A stretch of DNA of 63,101 nt, filler included. It is 15 parts of 15 records of this genome, joined end to end, with 100 filler letters (N's around TTAATTAATTAA, not from the genome) between each part and the next. Parts side by side here need not be neighbours in the genome. Positions count along the whole stretch, not along the records: positions 1 to 4,907 come from SRR15195285_6039; positions 5,008 to 8,898 come from SRR15195285_6044; positions 8,999 to 13,427 come from SRR15195285_6045; 12 more parts are not named here. The stretch is one strand, 5' to 3'. Positions 1 through 11,234 of the stretch are shown here, piece after piece. Every line of letters begins with the position of its first letter. Position 1 is the stretch's first letter. The position numbers and the translations under genes are program-made. The notes beneath the pieces are model-generated. The model searched no databases and was not told the DNA's origin. It worked only from the letters and a program-made list of their open reading frames with translations.

Positions 1-28
1 GGGGGGGGGGGGGGGGGGGGGGGGGGGT
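1..28. repeat. Poly-G run at contig start
   Basis: 28 G; a matching poly-C run ends another contig at about 55299-55323. Likely an assembly break or sequencing artefact. Confidence 0.8.
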
Positions 29-373
29 GTAGCAAACCATGGGGTGTTATTTTGTGGGCATAGTCCTCCGCTTTTTCCATTGGCGTAGGGGCATCCATGG
101 GCTAGCCGTTCAGCAAGGTGGTCGGGCTAGCATGGCGAACACTGTGTGTGCTGCTTAGTGCACAGCTAATAAAACCTTAAAATCATGGCATCATGGGCTA
201 CTAGTAGCCGTTTTGGAGTTGTGTGGTTTTCGCTTTTCTGGCTGGGTCAAAAGTAAGTGACCGGCCGGATTTCGAATTCGTGAATTAATCGCGCGCGCGC
301 CGGCCGGCCGCCGCCCTCGTCATCGAAGAACGCGTAACGCGACGAGGCAGCATCAGCAATCCCGGGTGCCGTG

Positions 374-1294
374 ATGTCCGAGGAGGATCCCTGCTCGCCC
401 TCACCGTGCGGGCTCTACGGCACCTGCAGCCCTGAGCCCGCCAATCCCCTCCGGTGCGACCGACCCTTAAGGAGCCCACGTCGCAGCCGCACCTGCAACG
501 CGATTCATCGCAGTGTGCTGCTCGCTCGCCATGTACGCACCCGCCACGCAGGTACCTGTGCTCTTGCTCAGCGTGCTGGAACGGGCGGCGGTGCAACATC
601 CAGACGGTGAGTACGTCGTGTGGTACCGCTGCTGCTCAGAGCACCAGCGAAGATGAGCCAGGCGTCGTGGTGCCGCTGTGGCTCGTCATCTTCTTTGTGT
701 GCGTCTGTGGCCTGGCGGCGCTTGGTGCTTTGGCCAGCGTGGTGTGTTGGCGGCGATCGTCTAGCCCGCCCAAACAGAGCCCAGGCGTTGGTGTGCGACG
801 TACGTTTTTATCCGCCGCAGTGGGGTTAGCGCAGCTTGTGTTGCCTTCTTCCTCGTCGTAATGCAGCGGGGTGGTGCCGTGAACTCTCAGGTACCGGCTC
901 CACTGAGGACGAGTTCGATATCCATGACCCAGCGCTCGCGGATCTGGGAGGCGTGGCTCTGCAGCTAGAGTGGGATCGCGACCGAACCAGGCGGGACAGT
1001 ATGGCTAGTGGTGCAACCAGCAGCGACGCAGGCAGCTTGGCGCTGGGTGCATCTGCGACAGGCAGTGATGCTGGGCGTCCTCCAAGCCGAGAGGACGACG
1101 AGCGGCGTGGGCGGTACCCCCCACCCCAGGAGCACGTGCACGAGCACGAGCGTGCAGGCACGGCAGACAGTGGCAGTAGTGCTATTGCAGCAAGCTGGGC
1201 AAGTGAGGGGAAGCCGTCCACCGCTGCGAGGGCCCCACGCAGATCACCAGGTGCTGCTGGAGCTCGCAGGTCACGCCCGAAATTGCAGCCGTAG
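374..1294 (+). CDS. EGF-like domain, single-pass membrane protein (3 exons)
   Basis: Removing introns 454-551 and about 800-890 (both GT..CAG, in phase) gives MSEEDPCSPSPCGLYGTC...RYLCSCSACWNGRRC (6-Cys EGF spacing), then a TM segment (VPLWLVIFFVCVCGLAALGALASVVCW) and a low-complexity tail. Confidence 0.75.
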
Positions 1295-1494
1295 ATCTTC
1301 AGTGGCAGTGTACTATCTTATGGGCACGGCTGGGGTCTGATCTGAACATGACGGAATAGTTATGCTGTGCTCCAACCTGTAAATCGTCAACCCGCAGCGC
1401 GATTCATGCTGAATACGCGATTGAACAGTGACACAAGCATGCGGCGACACCGGCAGCGAGGACTGCATCGATGATTGTGTACGCGGCTAGATGA

Positions 1495-1790
1495 TGAGGG
1501 CAGTGTGGACGTTGCCAAGTGCAGTGTGCTCCTGCCCGCCACTGATAGTTCTTCCGTTGTAGGATAATACGGTGTCACACTAGGCTATCTTCGTGGGAAG
1601 AAAACTGCCCAGGTGGCGGCCACACAGCACGGCCACGCGCAAGCAGTACAACATACTGCTACTGCGCTACGGGGCGAAACACAACACAAAAGATGAAGCT
1701 AATCGAGCAGCACTGAAGTTGGCCCAAACACACCGGCAAGTACAGTGTGAGGAGCGGCTGCGAGCCCAAGGGGATAGTCCCACAGTGACT
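1495..1790 (+). pseudogene. Degenerate ankyrin-repeat remnant
   Basis: AATQHGHAQAVQ (frame from 1616) shifts by +1 at about 1652 into ILLLRYGAKHNTKDEANRAALKLA. GSVDVAK..LL lies upstream. No intact ORF. Confidence 0.45.
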
Positions 1791-2036
1791 GACAGTGATA
1801 GCGCGAGGTTGAATGACCCCGAGGATCGCGGCGGCAGCAACGACGGCGTCGAAGGGCATAGGTGGTAGCGAGGTGAAGTCTGTCGTTGATATGATTGTGC
1901 TATCGGTAGAACCGCCACCCACACTAGCGCTTCTAGGAAGCCTGCGATACCACTCTACGCGCATCGTTGGTGCAAAGCACTGACTTTTTTGATTAAATTC
2001 GAAGCGATTGCTCGGATGGAAAACTTGCTTCCAACG

Positions 2037-4907
2037 TCAAGAGGTACCAGCGGCCGAATCCCAGTGCCTTTGCAACTGGAGGCTAAGAACTGCCATCGCC
2101 TCCTCCTGCGCTGGCGTGGCCACTCCCTCCAACCCAATATTTTCATCGTTCGAGCTGCTCAGGTAGTACTCACGAGCCCGGCGCTGCGACCATAGTGGCG
2201 TCCATGCTGGGTAGCTCATATTGACCCATTCCATGTAGCGCACGCCGCTCTCAAGCACAAGAGAAAATCCCATTGACCCAGGAAACTGTAGATTCCCATA
2301 CTCTGCAGTGCGTGCAGAATCATAAGTTCATCTCTGTGAGACTAGGCAGTCGCACGAAAATTGGTAGCCACGATTGGCGCAGCACGATTGCCAATACGAC
2401 CACACCCTGGTAGGACGGATGCGCGACCCATTGAAAATGGTACGGCAGCACAAAGAGCTAGACGTACCCGGAGCGCAGGGTGTGCCCATCGCGTCGACAG
2501 CAGGATGACCGTTGGTGCACTTTGGAGAGCCGACGCCAGGGTGCGGCCACAATGAAAAGCTAGCATTTCTAACCTTTGCATCGACAGGTAAGCGATGGTC
2601 AGGGATGAGCGGAGCCAACGAGATTCCTTGTGTGCATGTCGCCACAGTCATGCCTGCAGCGCACGAACGGACACACGTAAGCGTCCAGCCTGTGCCTCAG
2701 CCTCATCATTTCTCTATCTGACTCACCACCGTCGGCTGGGCAGCTAGGAATTGCAGGTAATCCAGCCAACTCGATCAGAGTGGGCATGAGATCGAGATGC
2801 TCGGTCAGTGCGGTAATCTTGCGGCCGTTATCCGTTACGCCCGGCACACGGATAAGCATCGGCGCACGTGTGGCAGACTCGTACAGAGTGCACTTGCCCC
2901 AAAGCCCGTTTTCTCCTGCGCAGCGAAGATATCAACATATCAACATATCTTCGCTGCGCAGGAGACATGTCGGCTGAAACTACTTGTGGTACAACAGCAG
3001 AGAAACACGGAAATATTTTGCCTCGCACCAAGATGCCATCCATGATCTGAAATTTCAAAATGCATTTGAGCACCGTATGTATCCATGCACAGCAGTACAG
3101 CAACATTCTAATCGCTTAATCATCGAAGCCAGTTGACGACGAACACACCTCAAAGTGAAGAGACCTGACCGGGTAGTGAATGAGACGAAAGCATCTCTTA
3201 TGCCATGGAAATCGATCATTGCACAATACTCACCGCCCCAAAGCGCAATGATGGTTTTGGATGAGCTCCCAGATTCATCTAGTCCATTGAGAAGCTCACC
3301 TAGCATGGTGTCAGTATGCGTGACCTATTGCCAATCGTGCATTTCCGGCGCAGCCCTTAACAGCGAATCCGAACGAGCAGTGTCTACAACATGATTCATG
3401 CGCGAAGGAACTTCATACATACCGCTGCCTTGTAGAATCGACGCAGCTCTCGAGTCCAAGTTGTTGGAAAGCCCTGGTCTGTACTCATTAACAAAGGATT
3501 GTATGGAGCCCAGCCATTGCCTGGTGCGACGGTACGTTTCAGCGAAAACTAGTGGCGTACAAAAGCATGGGAACCTTTGCCCCGCACCGGTCTCGGGGTC
3601 CTTGGTGCCGTTAAATCCGTACTGCTGGAACAACGGGACGATCGGCAATGCATACAGCATTGGAGTTAATACCAAGGCCAACGAGCATACTTAAAATGCC
3701 TACTCGCGCTGCGACTGAGGCGTATTCCCATTCACGTGCATCCGTGCTATGATTAATTGTACGCACTCGCTCAAGCTCGTCAGAGAAGGTCCAGGCGATC
3801 GGTGGTGCACCCATCGGTGCCGCGGCATTCGCTGGGGGGTCGTCATCGGCATCCGGTGGATTCGCAGCCAGTGCTTCTGGGGTAACAATCCAAGGCAGGT
3901 GTGGCCTGTGAAACCCAACTGCAAGAAAGAAATTCTGTTTACTGGCTCGGTTTTTTAGCCTGTTCCGAATCCGCCCGTAGGGTTCAGGAGCACTGCGCTG
4001 GCTTGCTCCATGTTGCCAAGGCAGAAACAAGAATATGAAATCGCCGTCGTGTCTATCAGATACCAAGCGATTGCAGCATTTACAGTTATCTGGTCTGTGA
4101 GATTCCCAGACTGTGTTGCAGGATCGAACACAGCACTGCGAACCAATGGAGAACGACAGGCACATGAACGGGTTCAGCAGGGCACGGAGGCATGAGAAAA
4201 CACAACAGCTTGCCACGCACTGAGAGGCGCCATGCCACACACTATTGGGCAGCGTCGATCCGCCCGTGGAGCATGCAAACGGATACTCCGACCATGAATG
4301 TGGATAGTCACAGCGCAAGCCGCCACTGGTTCTTTGATCGAACACTTTGCCGAACGAAACAGCGTCGTAGCCGTGCTGTTTGAAGTACCTGAGCGATCCA
4401 ACCTGTGTGTTATGCGAGCGCTGGCCCATATGCAGTAATGGTGTTTCAGTACTTTGGCTGGCAACGCACTGTGGTAGGGTGGTAAAGTTGCCCGCAACAT
4501 CACGCCAGTAGCAGCTCGGGCTATCTGGGGACCCTTGACACTTCATGCCATGGGTAACCGTGCGGGTCGTGATTGGACTACGCGATGTGAGAATCGAAGC
4601 ACGTGTAGGCCCACACACCTGAGCAAGCAGCAGATAAAGCAATAGCGCCAAACGTTTTGGACCGCACTCGATCAGCGACATGCTCCAGTTTTCTGTCTAG
4701 CAGCAGGGGTCAAGGAACGCGTTGACGTACCGCCTGCTGGACGTAATTGCGGGTCATAACTGCAGACTGATCCACCAGTCTATCTAGCACCGGGGTGTGG
4801 GCGTCACCGCCGAACCCACGCGGTTCGTCCCGTAGGTCGTCTACGGCTACCATGAGCACGTTCAGTGCCCCTGGCGGCGCGGGTGGCGCAGGCGCCGGCT
4901 CTTTGAC
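2037..4907 (-). CDS. Sulfatase, iduronate-2-sulfatase-like (S1 family), multi-exon, 5' truncated
   Basis: NVLMVAVDDLR; formylglycine motif CGPTRAS after intron 4619-4730; YFKQHGY..GKVF; FFLAVGFHRPHLP; GENGLWGKCTLYESATRAP; EHLDLMPTL. Stop at 2037. Confidence 0.92.
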
Positions 4908-5007
4908 NNNNNNNNNNNNNNNNNNNNNNNNNNNNNNNNNNNNNNNNNNNNTTAATTAATTAANNNNNNNNNNNNNNNNNNNNNNNNNNNNNNNNNNNNN
5001 NNNNNNN
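4908..5007. other. Artificial contig linker (44 N + TTAATTAATTAA + 44 N), first of 14
   Basis: Identical 100-nt spacers with six-frame stops at 4908-5007, 8899-8998, 13428-13527, 17846-17945, 21050-21149, 24214-24313, 28441-28540, 32499-32598, 36126-36225, 40965-41064, 45980-46079, 49183-49282, 55324-55423, 59642-59741. Genes are truncated at several of them. Confidence 0.98.
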
Positions 5008-5702
5008 TTCTCATCAGTTTTACCCAAACGATCAGTATAATAGTACTAGGAAGTTCCTACCGGCTCGTGAGCATCATCGCTGCAGCCGATCCGCGCTTCA
5101 AGCCAAAACCCACCGCCACCCACCTCCCGGGAATGGTACTGTTTTCCAGTACTCGAAGTACAGACTGCAGAAGAATTGAAAAGAATAGTAGGATCCCACC
5201 CCCCAGGCAAGAGGCCCAGGCGCATGGCCCTTGTCCGATGTCCCTTGATTTTGCATGACTGCATGAGCGATGAGGGAATCGACCTGTTGGCGGTTGGCCG
5301 CGGGGGTCAGTGCGGCCTCCTGGGGGGTCGTCGTCGGCGTCGCTCTGGGCTGCGCTGGGCGTGGCGAGCTCGCTGGGCGTGGTTTGCTTGCGCTGGGCGG
5401 TCTGGAAGGCGCTTTGGGTCGGTGGCAGCGACAGGCAGTGCATCAGAGGAGGGTGGGACGTCACGGAGCGGGGTGGTGTGGACGGGCGGAGGGTGCGGCG
5501 TCGCTGGGCTTAGGTTAATCATCGCTGGGCGCGGCTAGAGCCGATGATTGTCACCCCAGGTTGAGGCAGCTGCTGTTCGTAGGTTTGGGGGGGGGGAGAG
5601 AAGAGCGCTGCCCGGTGCGCGTCCATTTTGCTGCCTGTGGCGGGCGCTCTCCGGGCACTGCCGAGCCTGCGCGAGTGTAGGCTCGCCGGTGGTCCTCGCA
5701 GC

Positions 5703-7870
5703 ATGGATCAATCTATAGAGGTGGAGCCGGAGCCGCAGCCGCCCGACGGGTCTGTCGGCCTGGACAGTTTTCAGAAGTGGTCCGCGCTACCAACGCTGCC
5801 AAATGATTCCGGCGCGGAGCCCAAGGAATCTAGATTTCCGTGCAAGAAGCGCGTCACGGAGAAGATCTACATGGGAGTTGGCGAGATTTGGAATGTCAAC
5901 CTTGACTGCATCGTGAACACGACGTCAGAGAACTTCGGTGAGCGTGGGGGTGTTAGCGGCGACATCTTTCGGGTCGCTGGCTCTCAGCTCGCAGTAGAGT
6001 GTAGCACGCTGGAAGGTTGTCGCACGGGTGACGCCAAGCTGACGGGGGCGTACAACCTGCCGTGCAAAGCGGTGATCCATACCGTTGGACCCAAGTACAA
6101 CATCAAGTACAGGACGGCTGCAGAAAATGCGTTGCATCACTGTTACTTCCATTGTCTAGAGGAGATGGTGGAGGAAGGTCACCGCACAATCGCGTTTCCT
6201 GTTGTCAACATCGCGAAGAAAGGCTACCCTGCCGAGGACGCTGCTCATATCGGTAAGCTCGCCGTGTGCCCTTGCTGCTGCCGCTGCCGCCGCCGCTGCT
6301 GCCACGTGAGAAACTAACTATTCTGAAATACGCTGGATACTCAGTGATACGGACTGTGCGACGCTTCCTCGAACGGTACGGCAACAAAGTTGACGCGCTA
6401 CTCTTCGTGTTCGCCAATCCGGAAGAACAACGGCCATACGACAAGGTACGTTTGGCTGCTCGCGCGGGCCAGTCAATTTCATCCGCTACATCGCAAAAAG
6501 ACATCCTCACTGTGCAATGCGTTGATGTACCGTGCCGTTCACTGTGGCCGAAGATTTTGCCACTGTATTTTCCACGGAACAAGGCCGAGCAGTACAGAGC
6601 GGTGCCGTTGCTGCCAGAGGATGTAGGTAACGAGTCGGGTGAGACGGTCGTTGCGGAGCGGCAAGTGCGTGTCGGGGAATCGTACCAGGGAGCCGCCGCC
6701 GGAGGTTCATCAGGGTTACCAGCGCCGACCGGTTATGAGCACGATGAGTGGTTGGAGCCGGAGCAGGACCCGACCATGCTCGCTGGTGGCGATGGTGGCG
6801 CTCAGCCGGGTGGAGTGGAGCTGGCGCGGTACTTGCAGCTGCTCGAGGCTGCGAAAGAGATGGACCTGAAGGCTATTGAGGATAGAAATATCATGTATCG
6901 TGCTGGAAAAGACAGCACGGGACTGCCGGTGCGTACCCACTTCACACCTCTGAGTTCCGCAGGCAATTGATCGCGCGATGGTTGCTGGTGGCGTTGCTCT
7001 GCGCAGGTGTTCATTGTCGTCACCAAGCACATTGATCTGGCGGAGATCAATCTTGACGAGCTGCTCATGTAAGAGCAGCGTACTGCCCGTGGCTCTTATG
7101 CTTATGCGAGTTGCTATGTGCTTTTTTGTGTTAGCTAATGCTGCTTTTGCGGCACTGGCAACGATGGTTCGACAGGCACATGCTGAAATTGATGGATGAG
7201 ACCGTGAGTGATGAGATGGGTTACACATTGGTCGTCTGTTACACCGAAGTTACAGACGATAACGTCCCGCCTATGGCTTGGATACGCGAGGTCTATGATA
7301 TGTTGCCGCGCAAGTGCGTTGCGGTCAAACTGGACGCTTCTGTCACAAATCGTCCACTTGCACTAACTCTCTGTGATTGCTGTTCGTCGTCGAGCCCAGG
7401 TACAAAAAGAACCTCAAGCATCTACATGTGGCCCACCCGACCTGGTTGATGAAGGTTATGACATGGTTTCTGCAGGTGTTCATTTCGCCAAAATTCTTCA
7501 ACAAGGTACGAGCATGCACGAGCTGTTGGGCTGGAGCAACCACAGCATTCGCAGGCTGTAGTTGCACCTCCAGGCGCCGCTGCAGCACTGGCATGTCACC
7601 GACAGCGCATTGCTGCGATTGTGCCACTCGGGGTAGCTTGCGGACTGACCGACTTCGCGACTGGTGCAGGTGCAGTCTCATGACGATTTAGCGACACTAG
7701 AGATGGCAGTTAGCTGGGATGACCTACAGCTGCCAGTGTGGGTGGACGAGTACAATAGGCAGCTGTATGGACGACCGCCACGACCACCGGAGACGGTGGG
7801 TGGCGGCAAGGCAGGCGGCGGCAAGAAAAAGAAGAAGAAGACCGCAGCTAAGGCAACGGATGGATTGTAG
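5703..7870 (+). CDS. GDAP2: GDAP2 homolog (Macro domain + CRAL-TRIO/Sec14), 7 exons
   Basis: Macro motifs DCIVNTT, GCRTGDAKLTGAYNLPCKAVIHTVGPKYNIKYRTAAENAL, LPLYFPR; C-terminal YKKNLKHLHVAHPT..FISPKFFNKV. Introns 6253-6344, 6446-6553, 6929-7006, 7069-7175, 7314-7399, 7506-7669 are all GT-AG and in phase. Confidence 0.92.
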
Positions 7871-7985
7871 GTGGCGCCGTATAGGCACTGCTAACTCGCA
7901 ACGAAATCTTCAACTCATGCGCGGTGTTCGTTGCGCAACTATCCATTGAGCGAGGAGCCACAAACACAGCATTCATTCGATAGCG

Positions 7986-8858
7986 TCATCTTAACAGCAC
8001 CGATTGTTTTGGGCGGCCTGGGAGTCTGCGAGACTCTCCATCGAGCAGACTGACTCGCGGTACCGCGCTAGCAGACGACATTGTAGGTGCACCACGCTGG
8101 CTCGCCGTCCGTAAGTCGGCCGAGGTTGATGGCGCCGGTGACGACAAGATGCTGGCAGAGCTACGTCTGGACGCATTTGGCGCGGCTGCGTCGCTGTCGC
8201 CGCTCCTTTCGTTTGGAGAGGCTGGCGGCGCCGGCTGGCTGCTCGGATAGAGCCGGCCACGATCAACCACCGCCAGCGACTCTACCGGCCGGCCCTCATT
8301 GCGTGTAGGAGTCCGAAGCAACAGGCTAGAAGCGGGACTTGAGGGGCGCCTATCGCTGTCGCTGTCGACCCGCTCCAGGTGGGTGGCGAGCTGTTGCGAA
8401 GAGCTCGGAAGTTCCGGTCTGGGCGTTGCCTCAGCACTCGAACCTGTCCTCTGGGGAACCTGCACCGCCGGTACAGTGGTAGCTGAGCGCGTGCGAAGAG
8501 ATTTCCCAGCCTTCGACTGAGAGGACCAGTTCGCCGCCGACCACGCGGGGAGACTGCGGAGCTCCTCAGCGATTGCCTTGAGAGGCTCGCGGGGTCGCTG
8601 AGCAGCGACGTTTCTTATCGCCTGCAAAAGGGCGTCCCTGACGACGCCGTTAGTGTACGCAAACATATCGGCGTTGCCACCGGCCTTCGGCAGCCGCTCG
8701 TTGTTGTGCATCCCCTGGATGCTGTGCGACTCAAGCTCGGTCGCAATGAAGTTGAGCGGATCATTCGGCCGGGCGGCGTCCAGAGCGCGCAGCGCCTCGA
8801 AGATCGCCGGCATCACTCGCGACGCCAGATACTGACGCGTGTCCAAGATCCCTGCCAT
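7986..8858 (-). CDS. Protein with two N-terminal Dpy-30 (RIIa-like docking) motifs and a disordered Ser/Pro tail
   Basis: TRQYLASRVMPAIFEALRALDAARPNDPLNFIATEL and MFAYTNGVVRDALLQAIRNVAAQRPREPLKAIAEEL both match the Dpy-30 pattern. Confidence 0.72.
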   Translation of the reverse strand: MAGILDTRQYLASRVMPAIFEALRALDAARPNDPLNFIATELESHSIQGMHNNERLPKAGGNADMFAYTNGVVRDALLQAIRNVAAQRPREPLKAIAEELRSLPAWSAANWSSQSKAGKSLRTRSATTVPAVQVPQRTGSSAEATPRPELPSSSQQLATHLERVDSDSDRRPSSPASSLLLRTPTRNEGRPVESLAVVDRGRLYPSSQPAPPASPNERSGDSDAAAPNASRRSSASILSSPAPSTSADLRTASQRGAPTMSSASAVPRVSLLDGESRRLPGRPKQSVLLR

Positions 8859-9103
8859 ACTCTCCAGAGACGAGACGAGATCTACAGAGGACCTCCCCNN
8901 NNNNNNNNNNNNNNNNNNNNNNNNNNNNNNNNNNNNNNNNNNTTAATTAATTAANNNNNNNNNNNNNNNNNNNNNNNNNNNNNNNNNNNNNNNNNNNNTC
9001 GATTGACTCCTGGATCAACGCCGTTGGCGGCGGGGGACCGGCACCGGGGGTGTACAGTATGTATTCATACATAGGTAGGTACGCCCCAGCGGCTGCCGGA
9101 TCG

Positions 9104-10354
9104 ATGGGGCGGCGGGTTGCTGCGGCTGCGCTGCTCCTGGCCCAGGTATGGAGCGCTCGCGGGTCGAGTTGCCGCGAGGAGCTGACGCCGGAGACGAACT
9201 CCACTGGCCTGGGCCGGTGCGTGGCAGCGTGCATCAACCTGGCCGCCGCGCAGCCAGCCCAGGACGAGTGGAGCCCTGGCGAGCTGGGAGGGGGCTGCGC
9301 TGAGTGCGCGGCTGAGTTGACCCAGTGCAAGCCGCGATCCGTTGCAGCAGCCGGCACAGATGCGGGGTGGATAGCAGAAAGCGGCACGCTAGACGCGGAG
9401 GCAAGGGACTTTACCTGCGGTGCCCAGTTCAGGTGGAGCAACGTTACCCGCGCGACAGCGGATGCGCCGGAGTCGTCGGTGGCACTGAGACTGCGGCTAT
9501 CGGATCTGTGCTATCCCGCTGCTTGCTCTGACGGTGATATTACCCAGCTGATCCGGGACGCCGAAGCTGTGATCGCCACGCACACACCGGACACTGTGAC
9601 TGTATCCACGGCTGAGAAGGTGTGCGATCTCCTGGGTTCATTTGTCAACGAAGGCTTCGCGTGGGTCCTTTTCGCCGCTGCGCTGCTGCTGATCGCGGCG
9701 AGCTGCTGCATGCCGAAGGCCAAGGTTGTACCGTACGTCGCTCTGCTGTGGATGCTCTACATATTCACCCTGATTGACATCTTGGTGGGCCTCGGTTTCA
9801 TCGCCCTCGCTGCTATCCTACAGGCGGAGTCAGACTTTCCGCAGTACTTGGTGTTATCCGTCGTAGGTGTCGGGGCGGTTCACCTCGTGATCGCAATCGT
9901 GCTCTGGTGTGGCGGCTTGAGAAAGGATGGCACGCCGTGCGTGATGAACTTCGCGCGCGGTTTGGCATACGTTCTTGGCCCGCTCGGCGGTGTGCTCGGC
10001 ATCATCTTCCAAGTCTTTGGGGACGAAATGCTGGTGGACACCTTCAGTGAGGTAGGTGTTGAGCTGAGCCAAGAAGACCGCGGCGAGATCCAGGACTTCA
10101 TGCAAACGACGAACACCCTACTCGTCTGTGTGTTCTTCATCATGATGGGCGTGCACACCTCCACGATCCCAGTGAGCAAGTCCGTGCGCGACTACCGGTA
10201 TGAGAAGCGTGACAAGAAGGAAGAGGATACCAAAATCGATCAGCTGCGCGAGGAACATCGCTACGAAAAGGAGAAGAACGCCTTCACAGACAAGTACCGG
10301 AAGAAAATTGCGAAGGAGAACAAAAAACACCCCAGCCCGTTCGCTAGCGTTTGA
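9104..10354 (+). CDS. Multi-pass membrane protein: signal peptide, Cys-rich ectodomain, TM, tetraspanin/TOM2A-like 4-TM unit
   Basis: Signal-like MGRRVAAAALLLAQVWSA; LCYPAACSDGDITQLI; about 5 hydrophobic segments; charged C-tail ending FTDKYRKK. Intronless. Confidence 0.65.
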   Translation: MGRRVAAAALLLAQVWSARGSSCREELTPETNSTGLGRCVAACINLAAAQPAQDEWSPGELGGGCAECAAELTQCKPRSVAAAGTDAGWIAESGTLDAEARDFTCGAQFRWSNVTRATADAPESSVALRLRLSDLCYPAACSDGDITQLIRDAEAVIATHTPDTVTVSTAEKVCDLLGSFVNEGFAWVLFAAALLLIAASCCMPKAKVVPYVALLWMLYIFTLIDILVGLGFIALAAILQAESDFPQYLVLSVVGVGAVHLVIAIVLWCGGLRKDGTPCVMNFARGLAYVLGPLGGVLGIIFQVFGDEMLVDTFSEVGVELSQEDRGEIQDFMQTTNTLLVCVFFIMMGVHTSTIPVSKSVRDYRYEKRDKKEEDTKIDQLREEHRYEKEKNAFTDKYRKKIAKENKKHPSPFASV

Positions 10355-11234
10355 TGGATGGTCTTACCGCTGCGAGAATACCGGCTGCTTGATTTTGACT
10401 TCTGTGTTCGATATCTAATGCGTACAAGTGCCGACTAATGATAGCGTTGCTTTACCATACTAAACTAGCTTACAGCAGTTCATTCTGTCGCAAACGCCTC
10501 AGCGACTCGATAATTGCCGCGCTCAGATCGTCGATGTCCTGCTCTGTGTGCCCGAGCGTTAGTAGAACGTTTTGATGACGTTGATTCCCTGCTCTAGTAC
10601 TGTAGACGCAGCCTCAGCTCAGTCGTCAACCATGCCTCTCGCAGAGATGCCAAAACGTCTGCAGGGCACATAATCTCTGATCTCTGGAAGAGAAGCTGTA
10701 GGTATGTGCCACCCCCGAAGACCACCTGTGTGTAGTCCTGGGCGATGCATTCTGCGTTACTGCGGCTGCCTGCAATACAAATGTCCGACCGGCTTCTAAG
10801 GAATCTATCCTGGCGAAGACATTGGAATCGGGAAAGTGCGCACACAGAGAGAGGAAAATTGCGCAGTTGACGGTTGAGACGGTTGGGACATAGCGTTGGC
10901 AGTTGAGCTCTTGTATCAACCGTTCGGTCAATTCATCGTGCGCTAACTCCACTTGCGTTGACAACTTTGCAGGCCTGGGCACAGTCCAACTCATTTTCGG
11001 AATCGTTCAGCGCAGCAATCCAGGGATCGAATGCGCTGGCGCACAGCAACCGGTGGATGGAGTGCAAGTGGGTGGTGCAAAAGGGACTGTCACATGGTCT
11101 ACAACGAAGGAAACTGAGTACAGTGTCTCCAAGAAGTAGAAAGCGCGCACGTGCCGCAATTAACTGCATTCGGATACAATGCGTTTAAGCCACGTCGTGT
11201 GCATCTCAGTGCGACCCTGTTGATCGTACGCAGT

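Noticed and set aside
5008-5700. Several overlapping GC-rich ORFs upstream of GDAP2
   Set aside because: Low-complexity translations with no recognisable domain; treated as promoter or UTR.
5703-7870. In-frame stops as recoding or an alternative genetic code
   Set aside because: Every break I traced is explained by canonical, phase-compatible GT-AG introns, and TAA, TAG and TGA all serve as true stops.
10460-11230. Possible minus-strand gene ending ..LGHTEQDIDDLSAAIIESLRRLRQNELL*
   Set aside because: I could not build a consistent spliced frame or recognise a family; at most a decayed fragment.
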